From assembly GCA_031422435.1 (NCBI GenBank), contig JANPLU010000044.1, positions 1 through 19,895 on the forward strand: a stretch of DNA of 19,895 bases, given 5' to 3'. Below, one piece after another: positions 1 to 8,191 of this stretch (position 1 is the first letter of the stretch; the number at the start of each line of letters is the position of its first letter). Source of the DNA: Acaryochloridaceae cyanobacterium VAR_48_metabat_390 (lineage in GTDB: Bacteria > Cyanobacteriota > Cyanobacteriia > Thermosynechococcales > Thermosynechococcaceae). The position numbers and the translations under genes are program-made. Under the pieces are notes generated by a model. That model was given only the letters and a program-made list of their open reading frames with translations, did no database searches and was not told the DNA's origin.

Positions 1-120
1 ATTTTTTCGTTTTTTTTGGGGGCCACCCTTGGGGGGGGCGGGTTCGCCCTTCCCCCCTTTACGGGGGGGGGGGGGGTTGGGGCGCCCCCCTTTTTTGGGC
101 CTGCCCCCCCCCCCCCCACG
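1..120. other. Low-complexity homopolymer-rich stretch, probable sequencing or assembly artefact
   Basis: Runs of T, G and C of 6-14 nt (e.g. G run from 63, C run from 104), unlike the rest of the window. Normal coding-like sequence starts at about 121. Confidence 0.75.
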
Positions 121-742
121 CAGCAGCATCCCGCAGCAGCGGGTGGAGTGGGCATACCCGACCAACTATGGCGAACGGCTGAGCCAAGGTATTGATGGCG
201 CACCGCTGCGTAACCCGTTTATCGTGGTCATTCACGAAACCGTTGGCTCGGCCAGCAGCGCAGTCAACACTTTTCAAACGCCAAACTATAGCGCCCAAGG
301 CGGTCAGGTCAGCTACCATGCCCTGATTTGCCTAGATGGCACCATTATTTATACCGTGCCGTTCCAATATCGCGCCTTTGGAGCGGGCAACTCGGTCTTT
401 ATGGGCAGTAATGGCCCCGAAGCCGTACAAAGCAGCCCTAGGATTCCGGCTTCAGTCAACAATTTTGCCTATCACTTTTCCCTAGAAACGCCTGTAGACG
501 GTCGTCATAATGGCGGTAGCCACAGCGGATATACGGCAAACCAGTATCATTCCCTCGCATGGCTTGTGCGCTATACGAAGGTTCCTGACGCTAGAATTAC
601 CTACCATAAAACCGTCGATCGCTCAGGTACCCGCAGAGATCCCCGTAGCTTTGATCAAAACTATTTTTTTCAGGCGCTGCATTCCCAGCAGGCAACGCGC
701 CAACCCAGGCTAAAGGCCCCCCTTTTAGCAGCCCTTCCCTAG
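29..742 (+). CDS. N-acetylmuramoyl-L-alanine amidase (Amidase_2/PGRP-like), 5' end unreliable and probably partial
   Basis: Motifs IVVIHETVG, VSYHALI, RAFGAGNS, VNNFAYHFSLE, YTANQY and ITYHKTVDRSGTRRDP give candidate Zn ligands His/His/Asp. The first ~30 codons lie in the homopolymer stretch. Confidence 0.8.
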   Translation: MGGAGSPFPPLRGGGGLGRPPFLGLPPPPPRSSIPQQRVEWAYPTNYGERLSQGIDGAPLRNPFIVVIHETVGSASSAVNTFQTPNYSAQGGQVSYHALICLDGTIIYTVPFQYRAFGAGNSVFMGSNGPEAVQSSPRIPASVNNFAYHFSLETPVDGRHNGGSHSGYTANQYHSLAWLVRYTKVPDARITYHKTVDRSGTRRDPRSFDQNYFFQALHSQQATRQPRLKAPLLAALP

Positions 743-785
743 GGGCACAAGACCTAACGCCCCTACAGCGCGGTATCGGCTGCCG

Positions 786-3125
786 CTACTCCTCTTCAAA
801 GGCGCTGTCGTTTTCTTCGTAGGGGACGGTATAGTTCTCAGACCACTCGGCACCTTCGCCCTGAATGTCCTCGTCAGAAGCTTCTGAGCCGCCGCCGACC
901 ACCGCTAGGTCAATCTGCTGGCGGTAGTAGTCCACGCTCTTGATTTCAACATCCACGTGATCGCCCAGACGATACTGCTGCCGATTTTTGCGACCGATCA
1001 GCGTCTGCTGCCGCGCGCGGTACTCATACCAGTCGTCCTTAAGGGAGCTGACGTGGACTAGCCCTTCTACCAGCAGCGTTTCTAATCGCACAAAGAACCC
1101 GTAGGACTGAATGCCCGTAATGACGCCCTGGTAAATTTCGCCCGTGCGCTGTTGCATTTGCTTAGTCTTTTTAAGACCCAAGAAGTCTTGCTCAGCTTGA
1201 CGAATAAGCTGCATTTGCTCATTGAGGGGCGCAACCACTTCGGCGAGGGCGCTCTCAATCTCGCGCTGCTGCTCTGGGGGCAGTACATTCCAGCTAATTT
1301 GACCGTGGCAGGCACTGTGGCGAAGGTTTACCTGTTCTTTAGAACGGGCACTCTTGCGATCGCGTCCATGAGCCAACGCCGTACTCAAAATTCGTAGGTT
1401 CAGCAAATCGGCGTAGCGGTTGAGGGGCGACACAAACTGCCCGTAATCTCGCACGTAAGCCAACCCAAAGTGTGGCCCAGACTGGAGGCTGTAGGCTACG
1501 GGTTCTAAGGTTTCAGCCAATAGCTCAAACAAGATAGGTGCCGTATCGAGGGGCAAGATTTTTTCAGCAAACCGCTGGAAATCTTGGGGCAGAACGGTAT
1601 TTTCTTGGGCGAGGGTCATCGGCAGATCCGAATTTTCGAGCAGCTTCATGAAATCTTGAAGCTTATGCGCCTCAGGGGAAGCCTGCACCTGAAACAGCAC
1701 CGGAACGCCCAATGCCTGAAGGTGAGTGGTCAGTAAGTAGTTGGCTAAAATCAGAGCTTCTGCGATCGCCTGCCGTCCCGTGGGAGGTAGCGTATCGGCA
1801 ATCACGCCAAAGCGACCGTCATCACCGAACATGCGAGGGTGAACTTCTGGCATCATCACTAGCTCAAAGTCACCGCGCTCATGGCGCTGTTTGAGGAGCT
1901 GCTGGGCGACACCTTGAAACTGATCGACCCAGTCATACAGGTCTTTGAGATCTTCAATATCAGAGCTAGGGGTAATATTGCGCTGGGCGATCGCCTGAAG
2001 CTGTTCGTAGCTAATTTGGCGATTCACCTGCACCACGCTGGGCTGTACCTCAAAGGCCATTACCTCGCCCGTTACGCTGATCGTCATCATAATCGAAAGG
2101 GTCAGACGCTCTTCGTCTGCCACTAACGCTCCCACGCGCTCCGCCACGGTTGCGGGAAAAATGGGCACTAGGGTATCGGCTAAGCCAATGGTGGTGCCCC
2201 GTCGCCGTGCCTCTTGATCTAAGGGCGAACCTGCACCCACAAACCCTTGAATATCGGCAATATGAACCCCCAAGCGCCAGGTGCCGTCTTTGTTTTGCTC
2301 CAGAGACAGCGCATGGTCAAGACTCGCCAGCCCAATGCTGGCATCGCCCACTGCAAGCGTAAAGACTTTTTGGTAAGCCGCCCGACTTTTAAGATCGGCC
2401 TTGCGGAGCTTAACGGGCAGATCCTGAGCCGCCGCCTCAACAGGTTCCGCAAAATGGCGCGGCAGGTCATACTTGCAGAAGACCAGCTCTGTGTCCGCCG
2501 CAGACTGGGCATCACTGCCCAGCACCTGATTGATTCGGCCTAAAGGCAATTGCGCCCCCAAAGGATACCGCAGCACCTCCACATGCACCAGATGGTCTAC
2601 GGCTTCATCGAGAGCCGGATCATCCCCTTGCTGGAGCAGCTCAATCTCAAACAGCAGCCGATCGTCAAGAGGCACGGCGCGGTAGCTGCCTGTGTCGGTG
2701 CGCCGCACATGGGCAATCACCGAAGGGTTAGAGCGCTCCAAAATCAGCCGCACTTCTCCCTCTGGACTGCGGCGGCGGCGACCTTCCTTTGTCACCTTCA
2801 CCAGAACGCGATCGCCATTCCAAGCCGAATGGAGCTGACTCTCGCGGATATAAATGTCTTCCGTTTCTTCGCCTTCCTGAATCGCAAAGCAAAACCCTTT
2901 GCTAGAGCAGCGCAGCTTGCCCTCAATCACGCCTTCTTCAGTAATCCGACGATACTTGCCCCGCTCCTTTGTCAAAATGCCGATTTTTTCTAGGGCATTT
3001 AGGGCAATCTCTAGCTGTTTCAACCCTTCTGGCTGATCGCAATCCAGCTTTTTCTCTAGCGCTTTCGGCGCAACTAACTTATCTTCCGCGAAGCTAGAGA
3101 GGAGGGCGCTAATTGAAAATTCCAT
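786..3125 (-). CDS. Ribonuclease R/RNB-family protein (cyanobacterial Zam type) with cold-shock domains, RNB domain and C-terminal S1 domain
   Basis: GKLRCSSKGFCFAI and AWNGDRVLV (CSD), LGVHIAD and HFGLA...FVSPLNRYADL (RNB), GVITGIQSYGFFV...EGLVHVSSLKDD (S1), acidic tail. AAGGA precedes the ATG. Confidence 0.9.
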   Translation of the reverse strand: MEFSISALLSSFAEDKLVAPKALEKKLDCDQPEGLKQLEIALNALEKIGILTKERGKYRRITEEGVIEGKLRCSSKGFCFAIQEGEETEDIYIRESQLHSAWNGDRVLVKVTKEGRRRRSPEGEVRLILERSNPSVIAHVRRTDTGSYRAVPLDDRLLFEIELLQQGDDPALDEAVDHLVHVEVLRYPLGAQLPLGRINQVLGSDAQSAADTELVFCKYDLPRHFAEPVEAAAQDLPVKLRKADLKSRAAYQKVFTLAVGDASIGLASLDHALSLEQNKDGTWRLGVHIADIQGFVGAGSPLDQEARRRGTTIGLADTLVPIFPATVAERVGALVADEERLTLSIMMTISVTGEVMAFEVQPSVVQVNRQISYEQLQAIAQRNITPSSDIEDLKDLYDWVDQFQGVAQQLLKQRHERGDFELVMMPEVHPRMFGDDGRFGVIADTLPPTGRQAIAEALILANYLLTTHLQALGVPVLFQVQASPEAHKLQDFMKLLENSDLPMTLAQENTVLPQDFQRFAEKILPLDTAPILFELLAETLEPVAYSLQSGPHFGLAYVRDYGQFVSPLNRYADLLNLRILSTALAHGRDRKSARSKEQVNLRHSACHGQISWNVLPPEQQREIESALAEVVAPLNEQMQLIRQAEQDFLGLKKTKQMQQRTGEIYQGVITGIQSYGFFVRLETLLVEGLVHVSSLKDDWYEYRARQQTLIGRKNRQQYRLGDHVDVEIKSVDYYRQQIDLAVVGGGSEASDEDIQGEGAEWSENYTVPYEENDSAFEEE

Positions 3126-3692
3126 GTATCGTTGATCCTTAAAACTGTCCTACAAGAGCAGTAGGCCATCTCTTTCCCAGGCAGCGTTGGGGGAGAGCAA
3201 AACCTAATGCGCGGCTGCGGCTAATCTTTGAACCGAACTTCTCACACAGAATGAGAAGAAACGAGAGTTCCGTCAAAGATCACCACTGAGTTGAGGGTTG
3301 TTGGAGCAATCTGAATCTAAGACCACGACCCGTGAGCAACGGACGCAGCAAAGTTTTATTTCAATTGACAAGCCAGTTACCAAAGCAGCAGCTGTCAGCG
3401 AAGTAGCTGGCACTAGAGTGACCTTAACGGTTCAAAATCCCGTCATACAAGGAGTTTTGTGGCGTTAGGATCTCTCTTTTTACCTTAGAATTCAGAGTGC
3501 GAGGCGCTTCACAACCTTCACAACTCAATATCCCTATAGTTCCCTACCAAGGCTCAACTGTCAAACATGCTTGACTCAAGCATTCGTAACGGTTATGAAA
3601 GACCACGCAGCAGGTCGTTGTCTACCAACCCAGAGGCTGCTTTAGCGAGTTTGGATTGAACCCAAAGATTTGCTGGGATTTACACCTTTCCC

Positions 3693-4352
3693 CTACCGTT
3701 TTCCAGTCACGATATAGGAGGTTCGTTTTCCAATATTAGTTGCATGATCCGCCATACGCTCTAGGGCGCGAATGGTTAAGGTCATAAGCAGTAGGGGTTC
3801 TACAGAACCCTTGAAATTGCTTTGATTTGCAAGAGCTTCATAGACGTGGTCATAGCAAGCATCCACCTCATCGTCTTTGAGCTTCATCCGCTCCCCCGAT
3901 TGGGCGTCTAGGTCGGTCACGGCGCTTAAGCTCATGGCTAACATTGCGCGGCAAATATTAGACATGGTTTCGACTTCACTCAGGCAGGGCAGGGGCGGAT
4001 AAGGGAGAAGTTTGAGCGCTACTTCACCCAGTTCTTCTGCGTAGTCTCCAATGCGCTCTAGGTCACGCACAAGCTGCACCATAGTGCCAATGAGCCTTAG
4101 GTCATTTGCAACGGGAGACTGAAGGGCTAAGAGCTTAATGCCATTGGCCTCAATTTGATGGTAGTACAGGTCAACCTGCTGATCGTGCTGCTTTAGCTCA
4201 TCTACAGCAGACAAGTCTCGATGAAACAGCGCCTGATGTGCCAGCCAGCAGGAATGTTCCACCAGTGCGCCCATCCGCAGCACATCATCCTGCATTTCTT
4301 GGAGCTGTCGCTCAAACTGGCTACGAATTGATTTAGTCACTGCTGGGTACAT
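3693..4352 (-). CDS. phoU: Phosphate signalling complex protein PhoU (SphU)
   Basis: Two PhoU repeats: LQSPVANDLR...VRDLERIGDYAEE and DDEVD...RALERMADHATNI. Confidence 0.95.
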   Translation of the reverse strand: MYPAVTKSIRSQFERQLQEMQDDVLRMGALVEHSCWLAHQALFHRDLSAVDELKQHDQQVDLYYHQIEANGIKLLALQSPVANDLRLIGTMVQLVRDLERIGDYAEELGEVALKLLPYPPLPCLSEVETMSNICRAMLAMSLSAVTDLDAQSGERMKLKDDEVDACYDHVYEALANQSNFKGSVEPLLLMTLTIRALERMADHATNIGKRTSYIVTGKR

Positions 4353-4692
4353 GAAAATTTAAGGGGCTATGTATAAAATCTTTTGAAAAAAGAAAAAAGA
4401 TTGAAAAAGAAAAGTTTCTAAAATTAATCCGCCGCTGTTAGTGACTTGCTAGATTGACCTAAGCTGTGATGACGTATGTGAGCCGTCCGTGGTGATAGCC
4501 CACACAATCTAATCTTTAAAAATATTCTAAAAGCGGTGATGGGGCTGTAAGCGATACTACTTCACGCCATATTTTTTGTTTAGGATAACAATTTTTCGGC
4601 ATGACCGTATCCATTTGTGGCTTGTATGAGTTAATGACAGATGAGCTTATTTTTAGCATTGCCTCACCTATTCTTTCGCGTTGCCGCCAGCC

Positions 4693-5643
4693 ATGACATT
4701 CACGCCAAACCCTTCAGAATCTTCGGTGTTGACGATTTTAGGGGGAGGGGTATGGGGTTTAGCGCTTGCCTCTTTGGGTCGCTCAAAAGCCAATTGCGTT
4801 AAGGTTTGGTCTCGTCGGGGCGATCTTTCTCTAGAAGAGGCTATTGACCAAGCCCCAGTAATTGTCATGGCGATCGCCATAAAGGGGGTACAGGATCTCG
4901 CCACCCGCCTCAAGGCGCTATCTCTGCCGCAAGAAACGATTCTAGTCAGCGCTACTAAGGGGTTAGATCCCGTCACTTGGCAGACCCCTTCTCAAATCTG
5001 GCACGGGACATTTCCAGAAAACCCGATGGTGGTGTTATCTGGTCCAAACCTTTCTAAAGAGATTGATCAAGGGCTTCCCACAGCAACCGTTGTCGCCAGT
5101 GAGGATATTGCAGCAGCGGCTACAGTCCAAACGCTATTCGCCTCAGACAGCTTTCGCGTGTATACCAATACTGATCGACTGGGGACAGAGTTAGGCGGAA
5201 CGCTGAAAAACGTAGTGGCGATCGCCGTGGGGGTCTGCGATGGCCTTGCACTAGGGCAAAATGCGCGAGCCGCACTCATCACGCGATCGCTCCCAGAAAT
5301 TATTCAGGTTGGCACTCTTTTAGGCGGTCGAGTCGAAACGTTCTATGGCTTATCGGGGTTAGGAGACCTACTCGCCACCTGCACTAGCCCCCTCAGCCGC
5401 AACTATCAGGTGGGCTATCAGTTGGCACAAGGTAAAACCCTAAACGAAGTTTTATCGCAAATTCAGGGCACGGCGGAAGGCATTAATACAGCCCATGTGC
5501 TGATCCAGCTTGCAGAGCAGCGGCAAATTTCAGTGCCTATTGCGCAGCAGGTACATCGCCTGCTCAATGGAAAAATTACGCCCCAAGAAGCGGTAGAGGC
5601 GCTGATGGAGCGCCGCCTAAAGCCGGAGGTGTCTCGCTCCTGA
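4693..5643 (+). CDS. gpsA: NAD(P)H-dependent glycerol-3-phosphate dehydrogenase
   Basis: ILGGGVWG Rossmann motif, SATKGL, LSGPNLSKEI, ELGGTLKNV, GLSGLGDLLATC.S..SRN, TAEG. ATG at 4693 preferred over TTG at 4681. Confidence 0.95.
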   Translation: MTFTPNPSESSVLTILGGGVWGLALASLGRSKANCVKVWSRRGDLSLEEAIDQAPVIVMAIAIKGVQDLATRLKALSLPQETILVSATKGLDPVTWQTPSQIWHGTFPENPMVVLSGPNLSKEIDQGLPTATVVASEDIAAAATVQTLFASDSFRVYTNTDRLGTELGGTLKNVVAIAVGVCDGLALGQNARAALITRSLPEIIQVGTLLGGRVETFYGLSGLGDLLATCTSPLSRNYQVGYQLAQGKTLNEVLSQIQGTAEGINTAHVLIQLAEQRQISVPIAQQVHRLLNGKITPQEAVEALMERRLKPEVSRS

Positions 5644-5721
5644 CGCTAAAGGACAGATTAAGAAAAGTTGCGATTACAAAGAAGTACGCAATCCACTTCT
5701 ATCAACTTTGCTGACGGTTTA

Positions 5722-5750
5722 ATGACGGCGCAGAACGTGATCCCTATACT
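5722..5750 (+). promoter_or_regulatory. Putative sigma70-type promoter (ATGACG-N17-TATACT)
   Basis: -10 TATACT at 5745-5750 and -35-like ATGACG at 5722-5727 with 17-bp spacing, implying a start near 5757. Confidence 0.45.
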
Positions 5751-5856
5751 AAAGGAGTGAAGCAACAAAGCTTCCCTGGCAGATTAAACAGCCAAAGACC
5801 CATCAAAATACCAAGAGGATACGTGCTGTTGATTATTCTATCTGTCTCGTTCTCGC

Positions 5857-6080
5857 AGAATAGCGTTCAGCGACCTGGCAATCTTCCCCTACTAAGCACA
5901 TCAATGGGAGTGTGTTCAGGCAACTTTAAAAGTGTCCTGAAACCTCCATTTAGCTCATAAAGCTCAAGGGGAAAAGAATGAGTCGGTTTGGCTGGACGCT
6001 ATTCTCGTCAAAATTTTCAATCCAGTTCGTAAATCAGCCCTAAATAGAGGTCTTGGCCTTTGTTTAGGGCTTTGAGCTTT
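5857..6080 (+). ncRNA. Candidate structured RNA (5' leader or ncRNA) upstream of the 83-aa gene
   Basis: Stems read by eye: 5857-5871/5991-6005 (15 bp, one G-U), 5884-5890/5967-5973, 5915-5920/5936-5941, 6036-6051/6056-6071 (16 bp with G-U), 5959-5967/6072-6080. Confidence 0.5.
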
Positions 6081-6170
6081 AAAGGCTGAGTACCAATCTA
6101 AGTCCCTCTGACCATTCCGAGACCGTTTTTGCCCATAATGAGTTCGGGAAAACGATAACGGGAGGGAAAA

Positions 6171-6422
6171 GTGGCAAGAACACCGAGTGAATTTGTGGTG
6201 CATGTTCTGATGGAAGGGGGACACCGCGAAGAAGTGCGCTTCGCGACGATTCAGGAGTTTCAGCACTGGTACAGCAACGAACTGGTGCCACGAACTGACT
6301 CCAAAGAGTTTATTAATTTGCCGATGAAGACCGTGCAGGGGGAATACATGGTAATTCGACCCTCCAGCATTTTGGCCTTGCGGGTGGAACCTGTCTTTAC
6401 CTCCAGCGTCGAACACTATTAG
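6171..6422 (+). CDS. Small hypothetical protein (83 aa), apparently a conserved cyanobacterial type
   Basis: GTG start with GGAGG Shine-Dalgarno 5 nt upstream. Globular beta-rich composition. Co-oriented with mltA. Confidence 0.85.
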   Translation: MARTPSEFVVHVLMEGGHREEVRFATIQEFQHWYSNELVPRTDSKEFINLPMKTVQGEYMVIRPSSILALRVEPVFTSSVEHY

Positions 6423-6494
6423 TATCTATCTGGCTGTTACATTGCACTGCGGTCAGCAACAGTCAGACAGATTGCGTTTAAGGTGAGGCGTTGA

Positions 6495-7664
6495 ATGGTA
6501 CAGCGGATTTCTGGCATTGCTTTGGCAACAGGCTTACTGGCTCAGGCGGCGATGGTGATGCCGATACTGGCAGCGCCCTTGCGCCCCCTTAGTTCAGCTC
6601 AGATTCCGCCACAGCTTGGGCTGGATGCTCAGATTTGGCAAAGTCCCTCGGGGGGAGTGGGCGATCGCCAGAGCTTGCTCAAGTCGATCAACTACAGCCT
6701 CCGCTACCTCAATACTGCTACTGCTCAATCGGCGTACCGTGGCTATTCGGTTCCAGGTATTACCCCCGCTCGCGTTCGCGCAAGTCTGCTGCGATTTCGC
6801 ACTTTAGTTCAAACCTCAAAATCACCCGAAGCCCTCTCTAATGCGGTAAAGAGAGACTTTGAGGTGTATCAATCTATTGGTAAAGATGGCAACGGCACCG
6901 TAGATTTTACGGGCTATTATGAGGCCACTTACCAAGCCAGTGCCGTACAGACTGCAACCTATCGCTATCCGCTGTATCAGGTGCCTGCCGATTTTTCAAA
7001 CTGGTCACAGCCCCACCCCACACGTCTTCAGTTAGAAGGTGCCGATGGGCTACAGGGCAATCAAGGTAGGCTACGAGGACAGGCATTGGTATGGCTGCGC
7101 GATCGCCTAGAGGCATACCTTGTGCAGGTGCAGGGTTCCGCAAGGCTAACGCTCACCAATGGCAAAATAATGACCATAGGTTTCGCTGGCAAAACAAACT
7201 ACCCCTACGTCAGCCTGGGCAAAGAACTAATTAAAGCAGGAAAAATACGTTCAGAAGATTTGACCCTACCGGTCTTAATGCAGTATTTCCAAGCGCGTCC
7301 AACCGAGCTAAATGAGTACATTCCACGGAACAACCGATTTGTGTTTTTCGCCCCAACCTACGGCGCACCCGCAACGGGCAGCCTAGGTGTGCCCGTTACA
7401 GCAGAACGCTCCATTGCCACAGACAAAGCCTTAATGCCGCCAGGCGCTTTAGCTATCATTCAGACGCGATTACCCTATTACGATGCTCAGGAAAATCTGA
7501 AGTATCGAGAGGTGAGCCATTTTACCCTAGACCAAGATACAGGCGGTGCCATTAAAAGCCCAGGCCGCGTCGATATTTTCATGGGGACAGGTGCCCCAGC
7601 GAAAAATAAAGCAGGGCTTGTCAATACGCCAGGACAGCTTTACTACCTGATGCTGAAGCGCTAA
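6495..7664 (+). CDS. mltA: Lytic murein transglycosylase A (MltA with 3D domain)
   Basis: FTGYYE, YRYPLY, VQVQGSA, NNRFVFF, RSIATD, catalytic DQDTGGAIKSPGRVDIFMGTG. Has an N-terminal signal peptide. Confidence 0.93.
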   Translation: MVQRISGIALATGLLAQAAMVMPILAAPLRPLSSAQIPPQLGLDAQIWQSPSGGVGDRQSLLKSINYSLRYLNTATAQSAYRGYSVPGITPARVRASLLRFRTLVQTSKSPEALSNAVKRDFEVYQSIGKDGNGTVDFTGYYEATYQASAVQTATYRYPLYQVPADFSNWSQPHPTRLQLEGADGLQGNQGRLRGQALVWLRDRLEAYLVQVQGSARLTLTNGKIMTIGFAGKTNYPYVSLGKELIKAGKIRSEDLTLPVLMQYFQARPTELNEYIPRNNRFVFFAPTYGAPATGSLGVPVTAERSIATDKALMPPGALAIIQTRLPYYDAQENLKYREVSHFTLDQDTGGAIKSPGRVDIFMGTGAPAKNKAGLVNTPGQLYYLMLKR

Positions 7665-7683
7665 ACGAACCTTGAGGCAGTCA

Positions 7684-7908
7684 TTAATGAGAAGCCGAAC
7701 GCTGAGGCATGGTGCGAAACTGAACCTTCGCTGCTTTTTCTAAGGTTTGAAACTGGTCGTACAGCTTCTGCGCCGCAAATTTTTCTTCATCACAAGGATC
7801 TTCGTCAATGATTTCTTGACGGATCCATCCCTGAAATTTTACCTGGAGAGACTTCAGCCACGAGGATGACTCAGGTTGGTTTGCATGAAAGGTTTGGTTT
7901 GAAAGCAT
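7684..7908 (-). CDS. Hypothetical protein (74 aa)
   Basis: ATG-started ORF convergent with mltA in otherwise unassigned space, protein-like composition (WIRQEIIDEDP). No recognised domain. Confidence 0.55.
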   Translation of the reverse strand: MLSNQTFHANQPESSSWLKSLQVKFQGWIRQEIIDEDPCDEEKFAAQKLYDQFQTLEKAAKVQFRTMPQRSASH

Positions 7909-8191
7909 GGCTAATCTTTGGGGGTGAGGGGAACACCAGCAGGCCGTTACAGCTTAGAGTTGGCAACGTAAAATCTGTGACGACAAGCAGGCGATATATC
8001 TATTGACAATACCGAGATGAACAAATGATTACACTCGGCCTTGTGATGTATTCAGAAACACACTTTGTATATTTCTATAGTGAACACTTTTCTAGAGCGC
8101 ACGCTCTTAATTTCATGAAGATGAACATTGCTTCACATATCTTCATTATATACGGGCTTTCTTTAAGGTTACGAAAAGCGTTGTCTTGTGC

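Noticed and set aside
1..120. G/C runs as a G-quadruplex, phase-variable tract or poly-Pro/Gly N-terminus
   Set aside because: Every base type shows expanded homopolymers at the window edge, which is more consistent with low-quality sequence. Read mapping would be needed.
4353..4440. Pho box upstream of phoU
   Set aside because: No convincing CTTAACCT-like repeats at 11-bp period; only A-rich sequence with an 18-nt repeat.
4741..4860. GpsA lacks the ~30-aa segment after the second Rossmann strand
   Set aside because: To my knowledge this short form is usual in cyanobacterial GpsA. The frame and catalytic motifs are intact, so it is not a pseudogene.
5757..5960. 67-aa ORF as a leader peptide
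   Set aside because: The GGAG overlaps the GTG, the start coincides with the predicted TSS and the sequence has no recognisable features. RNA structure explains the region better, although leaderless translation is not excluded.
5964..6416. Alternative-frame and antisense ORFs from the track (e.g. 5964-6416, 2550-2993, 13695-14138, 18780-19052, 8025-8237)
   Set aside because: They overlap well-supported genes or AT-rich spacers and have no recognisable motifs, so they are treated as shadow ORFs.
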